DNA of 64,000 nt from contig CAXRIX010000066.1 in NCBI GenBank assembly GCA_964230555.1, forward strand, positions 903-64,902, in the 5' to 3' direction. Within the stretch, counting starts at the first letter, position 1. Each line of letters begins with the position of its first letter. Source of the DNA: Bdellovibrionales bacterium. GTDB lineage: Bacteria > Bdellovibrionota > Bdellovibrionia > Bdellovibrionales > JAGQZY01. Positions 54,203 to 63,488 of the stretch are shown here, piece after piece. The notes beneath the pieces are model-generated. The model worked only from the letters and a program-made list of their open reading frames with translations, did no database searches and was not told the DNA's origin. The position numbers and the translations under genes were made by a program.

Positions 54203-56884
54203 ATGTCTGAGAATTTAAGTGATCGCTACAATCCCAATGATGTTGAAGACCGTATTTATAAATACTGGGAAGACCAGAATTATTTTGCGGCCGAGGACCA
54301 ATCCACGAAACGACCTTACAGTGTCATTTTACCACCCCCGAATGTGACCGGATTTTTGCATATGGGCCATGCCTTGGATCACACCATTCAGGATGTCTTG
54401 GTTCGGTGGAAGAGAATGCAGGGTTTCAATGCCATGTGGCTGCCGGGCTCGGATCACGCCGGTATCGCCACCCAGGCCGTCGTTGAAAAAGATTTACGCA
54501 AGCAAGGAAAAGATCGCTTAGAGATGGGCCGAGAAGCCTTTTTAGATGAAGTTTGGAAATGGAAGCAAACTTACGGCGATCGAATTTACTCGCAAATGAA
54601 ACGCCTGGGGGATTCGGTCGATTGGAAGCGAGAGACTTTCACATTGGATGCCGGTGTTTCTAAAGCGGTTCGCAAAGTGTTCGTACATTTGTATAAAAAA
54701 GGATGGCTTTATCAGGGTAAAAAGCTGGTGAACTGGTCTCCGCCTTTGCAATCAGCGATTTCTGACTTGGAAGTGGTTCATAAAGACACCAAAGGAAGCC
54801 TGTATCACTTGGCCTATCCGGTGGATGGAACAGATAAGACATTAATTATCGCCACCACCCGACCCGAAACTTATTTAGGAGATAGTGCAGTTTGTGTGCA
54901 TCCTGATGATGAGCGCTACCAAAAACTCATTGGCAAAACCATCACTCTTCCCGTGATTAATCGTCAAATTCCAATTATCGCTGACGAATACGTCGATCGC
55001 GAATTTGGTACTGGAGCATTAAAGGTGACGCCGGCCCATGATTTTAATGATTATGAACTGGGTAAGAAACATAACCTGGATTTCATAAACATTTTAAATG
55101 TTGATGGCACTCTGAATGAAAATTGTGGTCCCTGGCAAGGCTTAAAAACTCAAGAGGCTCGTAAAAAAATTGTTGAAGAGTTTGAAGACAAAAACATCAT
55201 TGTCAAAATCGAACCCCATCAACATGCGGTTGGCTACTGCGACCGTACAGGTGCCATCGTTGAGCCCTTTTTAAGTAAGCAGTGGTTTGTAAAAACCAAA
55301 GACTTATCAACGCCGGCTCGCCACGTTGTCGAAAATGAAACTATCCAATTTGTTCCGGAGCAGTGGACCAAAACCTATCTACATTGGATGAACATCATCG
55401 AAGATTGGTGTGTGTCGCGCCAGCTTTGGTGGGGGCACAGGATTCCAGCCTGGTATTGCGATGATTGTGATCAAGTGACGGTGTCGGAAGACGACCCCAG
55501 TCAGTGCGAAGGCTGTGGTGGAAAGAATATTCATCAAGATGAAGATGTTTTGGACACATGGTTCAGTTCGGGTCTTTGGCCTTTTAGTACCATGGGCTGG
55601 CCTCAGGATACAGAGGCTCAAAAAACCTTTTACCCAACATCTGTTTTAGTAACCGGTCACGACATCATCTTCTTTTGGGTGGCTCGAATGATCATGATGG
55701 GTCTTGAGATGAAAGGGGATGTACCGTTTCGAAAAGTTTATATTCATGGACTGATCCGTGATTCTCAAGGCCGAAAAATGTCGAAAAGTTTAGGCAACTC
55801 CATTGATCCGGTGGAAATGATCGAAGAGTATGGCGCCGACGCTCTTCGATTCACTCTGATGTCACAAATGGCAACAGGCAAGGACCTTAAGTTTTCGGTG
55901 CAAAGACTTGAAGGCTATCGCAATTTTATGAATAAAATTTGGAACGCCACACGCTTTTCGCTTTCTAATATGGAAGGCTTCAAGGCGCCTGCCGAAGGGA
56001 CTGAGGCCACGGTCAGTCTGTCGCAGTTGACGACGGCCGATCAATGGTTGATTTACCAAACAGGCTTGGTTGAAAAAGAAGTGAACCAATATCTTGAGGA
56101 AATGCGCTTTTCCGATGCGGCCAATCGAATCTATTCTTTCACTTGGCATGAGTTCTGCGATTGGTACTTAGAGTTTTCTAAGCCTGTGCTTTATGGAGAA
56201 GACCTTAAGCAAAAGCAAGTCACTCAATTGGTGTTGGCTCAAACACTCAATCGAATCGTTCGGTTGCTGCATCCGTTTGCGCCGTTTATTTCTGAGGAAA
56301 TTTATCAGAAGCTTCCTATAAAAGGCGAGGCTTGTATTGTTGATCATTACCCCGAATACGATAAGGACAAAACTTGGTTGGGGCTTGGTAGTGAAGAGGC
56401 TTCATTTGAAATGGAACTTGTGAAAGAGGTGATCACAGCCATCCGCAATATTCGTGGGGAAAACAAGATTAAGCCTGGTGAAAAATTTGATGTTTGGTTG
56501 ACTCCTAAAGACGATAAGTCACAAAAAATCCTAGGTAATAACAAATCCGAGATCATTCGTTTGGCGACTCTCAAAGAGTGCTCAATTTCAGAAAGATCGT
56601 CCCTTAAAAAATGTGCGGTGGCGCCGATTCGTCTTGGCGACTCAGAGGTCGACGTTGTCATTCCTTTGGAGGGTCTTGTCGATTTGGACAAAGAGGTCTC
56701 GCGTCTTAAAAAATTGATTGAAAAGCAAGAAAAGGACATTCAGAAAATCAACGGCAAGTTAAATAACGAGCGCTTCTTAGCCAATGCCCCCGAAGATGTA
56801 GTGGAGGCTGATAAGCAACTTTTGGCTAGCATTACTTCAAAAGTCGATGAGATGCGACAGTCTCTGTTGAGACTGTCGGAATAA
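54203..56884 (+). CDS. valS: Valine-tRNA ligase
   Basis: PPPNVTGFLHMGHAL (HIGH), KMSKSLGN (KMSKS), and a C-terminal coiled coil. 893 aa. Confidence 0.95.
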   Translation: MSENLSDRYNPNDVEDRIYKYWEDQNYFAAEDQSTKRPYSVILPPPNVTGFLHMGHALDHTIQDVLVRWKRMQGFNAMWLPGSDHAGIATQAVVEKDLRKQGKDRLEMGREAFLDEVWKWKQTYGDRIYSQMKRLGDSVDWKRETFTLDAGVSKAVRKVFVHLYKKGWLYQGKKLVNWSPPLQSAISDLEVVHKDTKGSLYHLAYPVDGTDKTLIIATTRPETYLGDSAVCVHPDDERYQKLIGKTITLPVINRQIPIIADEYVDREFGTGALKVTPAHDFNDYELGKKHNLDFINILNVDGTLNENCGPWQGLKTQEARKKIVEEFEDKNIIVKIEPHQHAVGYCDRTGAIVEPFLSKQWFVKTKDLSTPARHVVENETIQFVPEQWTKTYLHWMNIIEDWCVSRQLWWGHRIPAWYCDDCDQVTVSEDDPSQCEGCGGKNIHQDEDVLDTWFSSGLWPFSTMGWPQDTEAQKTFYPTSVLVTGHDIIFFWVARMIMMGLEMKGDVPFRKVYIHGLIRDSQGRKMSKSLGNSIDPVEMIEEYGADALRFTLMSQMATGKDLKFSVQRLEGYRNFMNKIWNATRFSLSNMEGFKAPAEGTEATVSLSQLTTADQWLIYQTGLVEKEVNQYLEEMRFSDAANRIYSFTWHEFCDWYLEFSKPVLYGEDLKQKQVTQLVLAQTLNRIVRLLHPFAPFISEEIYQKLPIKGEACIVDHYPEYDKDKTWLGLGSEEASFEMELVKEVITAIRNIRGENKIKPGEKFDVWLTPKDDKSQKILGNNKSEIIRLATLKECSISERSSLKKCAVAPIRLGDSEVDVVIPLEGLVDLDKEVSRLKKLIEKQEKDIQKINGKLNNERFLANAPEDVVEADKQLLASITSKVDEMRQSLLRLSE

Positions 56885-56894
56885 CACGAATGAC

Positions 56895-57377
56895 TTAGTT
56901 GAAATCTTGGTCGGTGGGCGTGTTCATCACAATCAATTGGTGAAGTTCACCTTCGACTCCAAGAGTTCTAGCAATCGCTGTGTATTGTTTACGGCTTTGT
57001 AAGACCTTCGCACGAAAACATCCATTAATTTCAAACATCGCATCGCTGTCGATGCCCAGTCGATTAAGGCCAAGAACCAACTCGGTGAGAGCTTTCTTTT
57101 CTAAGTCATTGCGGGTGTTCTTGCCGTCATCACAGACAAAGCGGTAGGCCTTACCCTGAGCCAGTTCAAAGGCTCTTCTCTCAGGTGTGTTCTCATCCTG
57201 AATTAAATGTTTTTTATGAAACTCTTGCTTGTCGATGAAATCTTCCTGTTTTTCACTGATTTCAGTCAAAAGATTCTCTGCGACTTCACAAGACCCACAG
57301 TTTTGAGTTTTCTGTGACCAGGCCGCACAACTGAGGATAATAAAAATTCCTAATAATAATTGAGCTAAGTTTTTCAT
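56895..57377 (-). CDS. Small lipoprotein of unknown function (candidate immunity/partner protein of the upstream gene)
   Basis: MKNLAQLLLGIFIILSCAAW is lipobox-like. ATGA overlap (57374-57377) with the upstream Cys-rich gene. Confidence 0.6.
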   Translation of the reverse strand: MKNLAQLLLGIFIILSCAAWSQKTQNCGSCEVAENLLTEISEKQEDFIDKQEFHKKHLIQDENTPERRAFELAQGKAYRFVCDDGKNTRNDLEKKALTELVLGLNRLGIDSDAMFEINGCFRAKVLQSRKQYTAIARTLGVEGELHQLIVMNTPTDQDFN

Positions 57378-58207
57378 CTTGCCGTTCCTCCTCCGCGCCA
57401 GACATAACAGCCGCGCAGTTGTCGACGATTACTTCCAAGGCGTTGATCGATGGGGAGTGAAGATTGAACTCCTGCGTGCCACATACCATCGGTTCCTAAA
57501 AATTCAATGTGTCCATGTCGATCTCCACCACTGTAGTTGGGATTACCTTGTCGGTAACCTCGGTAAACTCGAATCACACCAGGACGATTACAGGCTGACA
57601 TATCAAGATCAAAACCTTTGTTTTCAAGACACCCGAAGTAGTCGTAGGCGCTACCACCACAATGAAACTGTCGGTCGCCCACGCGTTGTCCGAACTCACG
57701 AGCCATACAAGCTAAGGCTGTTCGAACGCCGACGGCACAGTAACCGGCACCACTGCTGCGGCCGCGACTGCGAGCGTAGCTGTAAGCCTGGCCGCGCCCA
57801 TAGCCAGCGCATCGGGTGAGAGCGGCAGCGTATTGACACGCCCCCGGTCCTCTTGTCATGGGGTAAGTGCCCCTTGCCGGAGCGATGGCTGCTTCTCTTT
57901 CTTCGTCAATATCGGGAAGAGCCGGTAAGTTTTCACATCGGCGCCACGAATTGTTGCTGAGGTCGTTACGATCGGGGCGACAATAGCCTGCAGAAAACTG
58001 ACGCATTAAAAATCGACAGTTGTATTGAACTCGGCTATGGCAGCAGTATCGGGAAACACGAGAACCACAGGTGCCATCATCAAAGCGTACGTTAGGATCA
58101 ATATCATTACTTCTCATAAAAAATGGAAGTGTGGTTTCGGCCAGCGCTGGGCTGGTCAAAGCCAGGAATCCGAACATCATTAATATAGATATAAGTATTT
58201 TTCTCAT
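57374..58207 (-). CDS. Sec-exported Cys-rich protein, possibly a papain-fold (CHAP/NlpC-P60/Tae4-like) amidase
   Basis: Signal peptide MRKILISILMMFGFLALTSPALA. 14 Cys. Candidate nucleophile in GYCAVGVRTAL (C157) and GVIRVYRG..GHIEFLG (H233), in the order typical of papain-like cell-wall amidases. Visibly GC-richer than its flanks. Confidence 0.4.
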   Translation of the reverse strand: MRKILISILMMFGFLALTSPALAETTLPFFMRSNDIDPNVRFDDGTCGSRVSRYCCHSRVQYNCRFLMRQFSAGYCRPDRNDLSNNSWRRCENLPALPDIDEEREAAIAPARGTYPMTRGPGACQYAAALTRCAGYGRGQAYSYARSRGRSSGAGYCAVGVRTALACMAREFGQRVGDRQFHCGGSAYDYFGCLENKGFDLDMSACNRPGVIRVYRGYRQGNPNYSGGDRHGHIEFLGTDGMWHAGVQSSLPIDQRLGSNRRQLRGCYVWRGGGTAR

Positions 58208-58479
58208 AAAACCTTCCTGTTCCTATGTAGAGCAAGGTCTATTCCGTCTCAGATCGAAACAATCTCAGTTTGAGACCCCAAACCGCTGTCATTTTCAAGA
58301 GGACTGGAAAATTGTTGGCCAGCTGTCAAAGTCTTCCGAGGCCTTAAACCAACGGAATATTCAGGTTTTAGGGTCAATGACTCATTATGAGTAAGCGATA
58401 AGTCCATTATTTTCAGTAGCTTAGGAATTAAGCATAAAAAACTACGATCATGTATAGACATATATAAATATATATCATA

Positions 58480-58493
58480 GTATATTTATATAC
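58480..58493. promoter_or_regulatory. Perfect palindrome GTATAT-TT-ATATAC inside a ~45-nt AT-only block upstream of pspC
   Basis: Read directly. It lies in the 354-nt divergent intergenic region, 69 nt upstream of the pspC ATG. Confidence 0.3.
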
Positions 58494-58561
58494 AGCGATA
58501 GGGTTAAAACGTCGCTGAAACATCAAACGGGCGCCAAACAGGGTGTCGAAGGAGAACAAAA

Positions 58562-58945
58562 ATGAAATCAATGCGTTTACGAAATCAATGGACTCGCTCC
58601 AGCGACGGATGGGTGGCTGGTGTTTGTCAGGGACTTGGTGAACGACTCGATCTCAACCCAGCCATGGTTCGTCTTGTCTGGTTTTTGAGTGTTCTATTTT
58701 TTGGCGTAGGACTTTTACTTTATTTTGTCTGCGCATTCGTTATGCCAGTCGAGGGTAATGAAGAAAGCGCTTTGCAACCCAAGCTGTTGGGTGTTTGTTA
58801 CCGTCTTTCTGAAAAACTCGATATCGATGTTGTACCTGTTCGTATTTTCACCGTGTTTGCCTTTCTTGGTTCCGCAGGCGTGGTTTTGCTTGCCTATTTG
58901 TTGCTGCACATTTTGCTTCCTCGCGAAAGTCGTTTTCAAGAATAA
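58562..58945 (+). CDS. pspC: PspC-domain membrane protein (two PspC-like repeats)
   Basis: RSSDGWVAGVCQGLGERLDLNPAMVRLVWFL plus TM, then a second copy LLGVCYRLSEKLDIDVVPVRIFTVFAFL plus TM. Confidence 0.8.
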   Translation: MKSMRLRNQWTRSSDGWVAGVCQGLGERLDLNPAMVRLVWFLSVLFFGVGLLLYFVCAFVMPVEGNEESALQPKLLGVCYRLSEKLDIDVVPVRIFTVFAFLGSAGVVLLAYLLLHILLPRESRFQE

Positions 58946-59086
58946 ACCAAGTTGTACGTGAGCTCGCATCTTTAAATAGAGATTGCGAGCCTTCCGAATA
59001 TTTTAAATTTGGACGTTCATAGTAAAGGCTCTTGCAGCCGGTCGGCGTCCTTACATTCTTAAAGCAATTAAACTAAAGGAGTTATT

Positions 59087-59812
59087 ATGAATATTTTCGA
59101 TCGTATTGGAGACGCTATCCGTTCCCTTTTTAAAAATGTATTTGCGAGTGGAACATCGGACCCTGCAGCTGCGGCTCGGGCGATGATTAGTAAGCAGAAG
59201 CGCAGTCAAAAGCGACTGAAAGACAGTTTGACGGATCTTATTTTTCAACGCAAGAAGTTTGAGGCCCAGTTAGAAAAACTTGAAAACAGAAGATTGGGAA
59301 TGAAGCAAGATATTGAAGTTGCAGCCTATCAGGACCGTGACGATTTAGCGATCCGCTTAATGGAAGAGCTCGATTTAATGGTCAAAGAGATTGAAGAAAC
59401 TCAAACCAACCTGCAGCTTGTTGAAAATGAAATTGAGACGGCTAAACAGGTTGAGATCGAACTTAATAGACAAGTGGAAAAATCGGAATCTCAATTGGCG
59501 ATTTTGGTCTCACGAAGTCAATCGGTGCAAATGCGCGAGGATTTGCAAAACCAATTCTCTAAAATTCATGATGAGATCAGTCACCTGAAACCCGGCCTGA
59601 ATGTAGTTGAAGAGAGTATTTTAAAGTTAGAATCACGCCTAGAAAATCTCCAAGGTCCCAACGAGGACTGGAAAAAAGAGGTCATGAAAATGCGTAAGCA
59701 ACGAACCGATCACTTTCGTCGTGGTCGCCTTCAACAACTGAAGCAGCAACTTAAGGGACGACAGTTAAGCGGACAGGTGATTGTACCTGAAGTTGTCAGA
59801 ACCACTCATTAA
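59087..59812 (+). CDS. pspA: PspA/IM30-family protein
   Basis: MNIFDRIGDAIRSLFKN N-terminal amphipathic helix, followed by ~200 aa coiled coil colinear with PspA. Confidence 0.85.
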   Translation: MNIFDRIGDAIRSLFKNVFASGTSDPAAAARAMISKQKRSQKRLKDSLTDLIFQRKKFEAQLEKLENRRLGMKQDIEVAAYQDRDDLAIRLMEELDLMVKEIEETQTNLQLVENEIETAKQVEIELNRQVEKSESQLAILVSRSQSVQMREDLQNQFSKIHDEISHLKPGLNVVEESILKLESRLENLQGPNEDWKKEVMKMRKQRTDHFRRGRLQQLKQQLKGRQLSGQVIVPEVVRTTH

Positions 59813-59828
59813 GGCAAAGGAGATTATA

Positions 59829-60344
59829 ATGTCGAAACGGAAATTAAGAGATCTGACAGCGGTGTTTTTTGTGGGCCTTTTTCTAATGACCTGGGAGCCA
59901 GTTTTTATCTGGCTCTTGGTTGGCGGGCTGGTGCTACTGCAGCCGGACTCTCGTGAAGATTCGAATGAAGAAAAAACGTCATCAAAAAACCTTCTGCAAT
60001 TGATTCGAGAGGACGCTCGGCGATTTGGGGTGAAAATGCCCCAGCGTCAATCGCGTCGAAGCCTTTTGCTGCAAATATACGGTCAGTATGAAGAAGCAAA
60101 ACGGCAATATCCCCATTTGAAGTGTGAATACCGCGAGGTGATTAACGAAATGTGGACCTCATTGGCAGCAGATGCCAATCCTCATCATTGGAATCAGGTT
60201 CTAACATCAGTGATTGCTGACTGGCCGACCCGGGGAACAACGGCTCCTTCACAGGGTGTGAAAGAAAAACTACAAAGGGTTAAAGAGTTGAGTCAGCAGT
60301 GGGATGAGGCTAAAAGAGAGGCTATGGGAGGTGCCAATGTTTAG
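59829..60344 (+). CDS. Membrane-anchored protein of unknown function in the psp cluster
   Basis: AAGGAG lies 7 nt upstream of ATG 59829. Two short TM segments (TAVFFVGLFLM, FIWLLVGGLVLL), then a charged soluble domain. Confidence 0.6.
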   Translation: MSKRKLRDLTAVFFVGLFLMTWEPVFIWLLVGGLVLLQPDSREDSNEEKTSSKNLLQLIREDARRFGVKMPQRQSRRSLLLQIYGQYEEAKRQYPHLKCEYREVINEMWTSLAADANPHHWNQVLTSVIADWPTRGTTAPSQGVKEKLQRVKELSQQWDEAKREAMGGANV

Positions 60345-61119
60345 ACAACACTGGGACGAATTCGAAAAAAATGTCAGCAGCATCGCCGATGATTTCAAGG
60401 GATTGATTTTTGACAAATTCAAGCAGTCGAAAACAAAAGTTGAAAAAATCGTAACCTCTGACCCAAATCAAGCCAAAGAAGCCTTTGTGAAATGGGGGAA
60501 AGAGTATGTCGACAAGGTGAAGGTCAAGGCTGAAAGTGAAAAGGCACAAAAAGCCAAAGAGAATTTTTTCACTTTATTGCGCAACCTTGGTGTCAACGAA
60601 GCGGTTATTATCGAAACCTTTCAGCAGAACAAAAAGGAGCTTCTTGATCCCTTAATTGGAGAAACGGTGGCTATTGTCGCGTTGGTGTTGGGTTGGAGTC
60701 AGAAAGATAAAGAGGCTTTCTCGCAAGCCCTAGGAGAAATTGGTGTGGCCGGTGTTTTTGCTGCCAAACCCTTTCTTTGCTTAATTGCGATTTGTGGATT
60801 GGCCTATGGTTACCAGGAAAACTTTCATCCCGAAGCTTTTAAAAAAGGTGGTGTTCTTGGGTTGGCTGGGATCACGGCGGTGGCATTGTCACCCGGTGGC
60901 TTTGTTGGTTTACTTTCAGCCATTGTGACGATTCTTTATCTTAATAAACGGCTACAGGTCGATCGTCCGATTGAGGCGCAATTAAAAGAGTTGTTTCAAC
61001 ATATTAAAAATGGTGGATTTTTTAAAGAGGTGCGTGGAGCCTGGAGGAACTTTGAGAGCTTTCTCTCCAAACTCTTTCAACGCCCACAGGACGATGCTAT
61101 AATGAACCCCAATCCCTAG
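60337..61119 (+). CDS. Membrane protein of unknown function in the psp cluster
   Basis: GGGAGG lies 5 nt upstream of ATG 60337, and the gene overlaps the previous stop by 8 nt. Charged helical N-terminus, then 3-4 Gly/Ala-rich TM helices. Confidence 0.6.
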   Translation: MFRQHWDEFEKNVSSIADDFKGLIFDKFKQSKTKVEKIVTSDPNQAKEAFVKWGKEYVDKVKVKAESEKAQKAKENFFTLLRNLGVNEAVIIETFQQNKKELLDPLIGETVAIVALVLGWSQKDKEAFSQALGEIGVAGVFAAKPFLCLIAICGLAYGYQENFHPEAFKKGGVLGLAGITAVALSPGGFVGLLSAIVTILYLNKRLQVDRPIEAQLKELFQHIKNGGFFKEVRGAWRNFESFLSKLFQRPQDDAIMNPNP

Positions 61120-61138
61120 ACAGCGATTTGGGAGGGGT

Positions 61139-61849
61139 ATGCGTCGACTGATATTTTTTGCTTTATTTTTTTCAAGCTCTGGATTGTTGGCGCAAAATCT
61201 GGCGAGCACTCCGGTTTTACCTTGGTCGGCCCACTTTATGCGGGCTGGGTCAGATCAATGGCAACAACAGGATTTAACCGAAACAATGTCTGCTTCGGCA
61301 GCCAGCCTTTACAGTCAGGCTGCTGAGTTGAAATTAAAAAATGATTTACGATGCGGCAACAATTCTTCCATTTTTGATACCAGCCTTCCAAGTTTAGAAA
61401 ACAAAAAGGTGACCACTCGGTTTCGTTTCGACCCCGTGTCTCGGTCTATGACTTTGGATGTTTTTGTAAAAGAGGCCGGACAGTATCGTGAGGTTTTGCG
61501 AAGCTCTTACTCTGTGTACCGAGGCGAAGAGAACTTAGGAAGACTTCAGCAGGTTTCAATGCTGAATGTACAAAATCAACAGACCAGTCGTATGGGGTTT
61601 CTCAATCGTCCTTTTCTGACGACAGTGGCCCAGGCTCTAGGAGCGGGTGATACCCCGGTCGAAACCAACAGTCCTTTTGCGCGCGATTGGATTAAGCTTT
61701 TGCAAAATGCGGAAAGAGGGTACGTGTGTTGTTTCAATCAAAACTGTCGTGACCACTTACAAAATGTACCATTGCAACCGACGCCACAGCCAGACGTTGA
61801 ACCCGGTGAAATTCGGCGGGCTGAATCCGGTGAACGCTCCGCCACATGA
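61139..61849 (+). CDS. Exported protein of unknown function
   Basis: Signal peptide MRRLIFFALFFSSSGLLAQ. GGGAGGGG RBS. Confidence 0.6.
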   Translation: MRRLIFFALFFSSSGLLAQNLASTPVLPWSAHFMRAGSDQWQQQDLTETMSASAASLYSQAAELKLKNDLRCGNNSSIFDTSLPSLENKKVTTRFRFDPVSRSMTLDVFVKEAGQYREVLRSSYSVYRGEENLGRLQQVSMLNVQNQQTSRMGFLNRPFLTTVAQALGAGDTPVETNSPFARDWIKLLQNAERGYVCCFNQNCRDHLQNVPLQPTPQPDVEPGEIRRAESGERSAT

Positions 61850-61879
61850 AGCCCAGAGTCAGTCCGAAGAATCTTAGGG

Positions 61880-62581
61880 TTATCGAACTTGGGCTTTGTA
61901 GATATAAGCCACACCAAAGCTAAGGGGCGTGACTTTGACGTTGCTGTAAAGTCCGGTGGTCATGACTTCATCAGCAAAATCTTGTCCGCATGGGAAGACT
62001 TGCGAGGAGTCATTCAGGTATTGATAGGCTTCGGGCTTTCCAGAAACCCAGCCGCCAATTTTCGGTAAAACTTTTTGCGAGTAAAAATTGTAGGCCTGTT
62101 TGATGCCAGGGGTTTTAATTTGGCCGAACTCAAGGATCATCACGTGGCCGCCCGGCTTAGTGACCCGGGCCATTTCGCAATAGGCTTTCGTTCGATCTTC
62201 AACGTTGCGAATTCCAAAGGAAATGCTACAGGCATTAAAGGAGTTGTCTTCAAAAGGCAGTTGAGTCACGTCCGCCAGTTTGAATTCGACGTCGAGATTT
62301 TTGGCTTTGGCTTTATCAGGGGCTTCATCAAGCATTTCTTGGCAGAAATCGGTGCCCACCACCTGTCCGGTTTCGCCCACTTGTTTTTTAAAAAGAAGGG
62401 CGAGATCACCCGTGCCCGTGGCACAATCTAAAACCGAGTCACCTTGTGATACAGGGGTCATTCCAACAAGTTTCTGTTTCCACAAATGGTGAATACCTAG
62501 GCTTAAAACAGAATTGGCTCGGTCATAGGATCCGGCAATTTCTGAAAACATATTTTTAATGGTTTGTTCGCGCTTATCCAT
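61880..62581 (-). CDS. ubiE: Demethylmenaquinone / ubiquinone C-methyltransferase
   Basis: MFSEIAGSYDRANSVLSLGIHHLWK, VLDCATGTGDLA, FGIRNV. Confidence 0.9.
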   Translation of the reverse strand: MDKREQTIKNMFSEIAGSYDRANSVLSLGIHHLWKQKLVGMTPVSQGDSVLDCATGTGDLALLFKKQVGETGQVVGTDFCQEMLDEAPDKAKAKNLDVEFKLADVTQLPFEDNSFNACSISFGIRNVEDRTKAYCEMARVTKPGGHVMILEFGQIKTPGIKQAYNFYSQKVLPKIGGWVSGKPEAYQYLNDSSQVFPCGQDFADEVMTTGLYSNVKVTPLSFGVAYIYKAQVR

Positions 62582-63362
62582 GGTTGAGCTTTCGGTTCAC
62601 AACGCCCAAGAAGGGCTCCAATTGATCGATCAAGCCGGCAAACGCGTCGAAATCCAAGGCTTGGAAGCCATCGCTTAAGGCCTTTTCGGGGTTGGGGTGA
62701 ACTTCGACAATGATTCCATCGGCACCACAAGCGATGGCCGCTTTTGACATCGCCGGAATCAATTCAGGGCGTCCCGTTCCGTGCGAAGGGTCGACAATGA
62801 CTGGAAAATCGTGGTGCGCTTTCAGGTAAGCCACTCCACCCAAATCAAGAGTGTTACGCATTGGACCTTCAAAAGAACGAATGCCACGTTCGCAAAGGAT
62901 GACCTGATCGTTACCTGAGGAAACCAGGTAATCCGCCGCTTTAACCCATTCTTTGATAAGAGCGGAAAAGCCACGTTTCAACATGACGGGTACATTGAGT
63001 TTTCCAAGCTCTTTTAAGAGCTCATAATTGTACATGTTTCGGCTTCCCACTTGAAAGCAGTCCACAACGGGCATCAAGGTGTCAATTTGGCGAGGATCGG
63101 TGATTTCAGCAATAAAAGGCGCTTTGACCGAATCCTTCATCTTCTTTACGAATTGAAAAGCCTGCTCTCCCAGGCCCTGGAAGGCATCGGGCTGGGTCCG
63201 CATCTTAAAAATGCCGCCGCGCACCATGGAGGCGCCTTTATCCATTACAAATTGTGCTGTGGACAGAAATTGCTCTTCAGATTCAATTGAGCAAGGCCCG
63301 GCAATCACGGTAAAAGTGTTATTTCCAACTGCAAGTGGTCCAATATTAACAACGCGATCCAT
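62574..63362 (-). CDS. 3-deoxy-7-phosphoheptulonate (DAHP) synthase, type I-beta, catalytic core only
   Basis: VIAGPCSIESEEQ, VRGGIFKMRTQPDAFQGLGE, VDPSHGTG. 262 aa with no N- or C-terminal regulatory extension. KDO8P synthase was considered and is less likely. Confidence 0.75.
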   Translation of the reverse strand: MDRVVNIGPLAVGNNTFTVIAGPCSIESEEQFLSTAQFVMDKGASMVRGGIFKMRTQPDAFQGLGEQAFQFVKKMKDSVKAPFIAEITDPRQIDTLMPVVDCFQVGSRNMYNYELLKELGKLNVPVMLKRGFSALIKEWVKAADYLVSSGNDQVILCERGIRSFEGPMRNTLDLGGVAYLKAHHDFPVIVDPSHGTGRPELIPAMSKAAIACGADGIIVEVHPNPEKALSDGFQALDFDAFAGLIDQLEPFLGVVNRKLNHG

Positions 63363-63488
63363 TTTCTACCCTTTGTCGGCGCCACCTTATCAAAAAAATG
63401 CCTAACTTCCTAGAGTTTCCCCTCTGTGGGGGCGAATTTCCTAAGATCAAATCTATTCATTTTTGAAGAACTGTGAAATAAAGCAAGG

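Noticed and set aside
57379-57819. 146-aa plus-strand ORF antisense to the Cys-rich exported gene
   Set aside because: It is a shadow ORF favoured by the locally high GC content. It has no RBS or motifs, whereas the minus-strand frame has a signal peptide and ATGA coupling to the next gene.
58249-58461. 70-aa ORF in the long intergenic region upstream of pspC
   Set aside because: It has no RBS and no recognisable features. It sits in the divergent promoter region, so I treat it as non-coding.
58208-58561. Sigma-54 (GG-N10-GC) promoter and PspF-type enhancer upstream of the psp genes
   Set aside because: I scanned by eye. The only TGGC-containing stretch (TTGGCCAGCTGTCAA) lacks a GC at the correct spacing, and no pspF gene is nearby.
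62574-63362. Alternative call of this ORF as KDO-8-phosphate synthase (KdsA)
   Set aside because: The motifs AGPCSIESEEQ and RGGIFKMRTQPDAFQGLGE match the type I-beta DAHP synthase pattern (KPRTSPYSFQGLG) better than KdsA (FKASFDKANRSS). The menaquinone/chorismate context also fits DAHPS. Residual uncertainty is kept in the confidence score.
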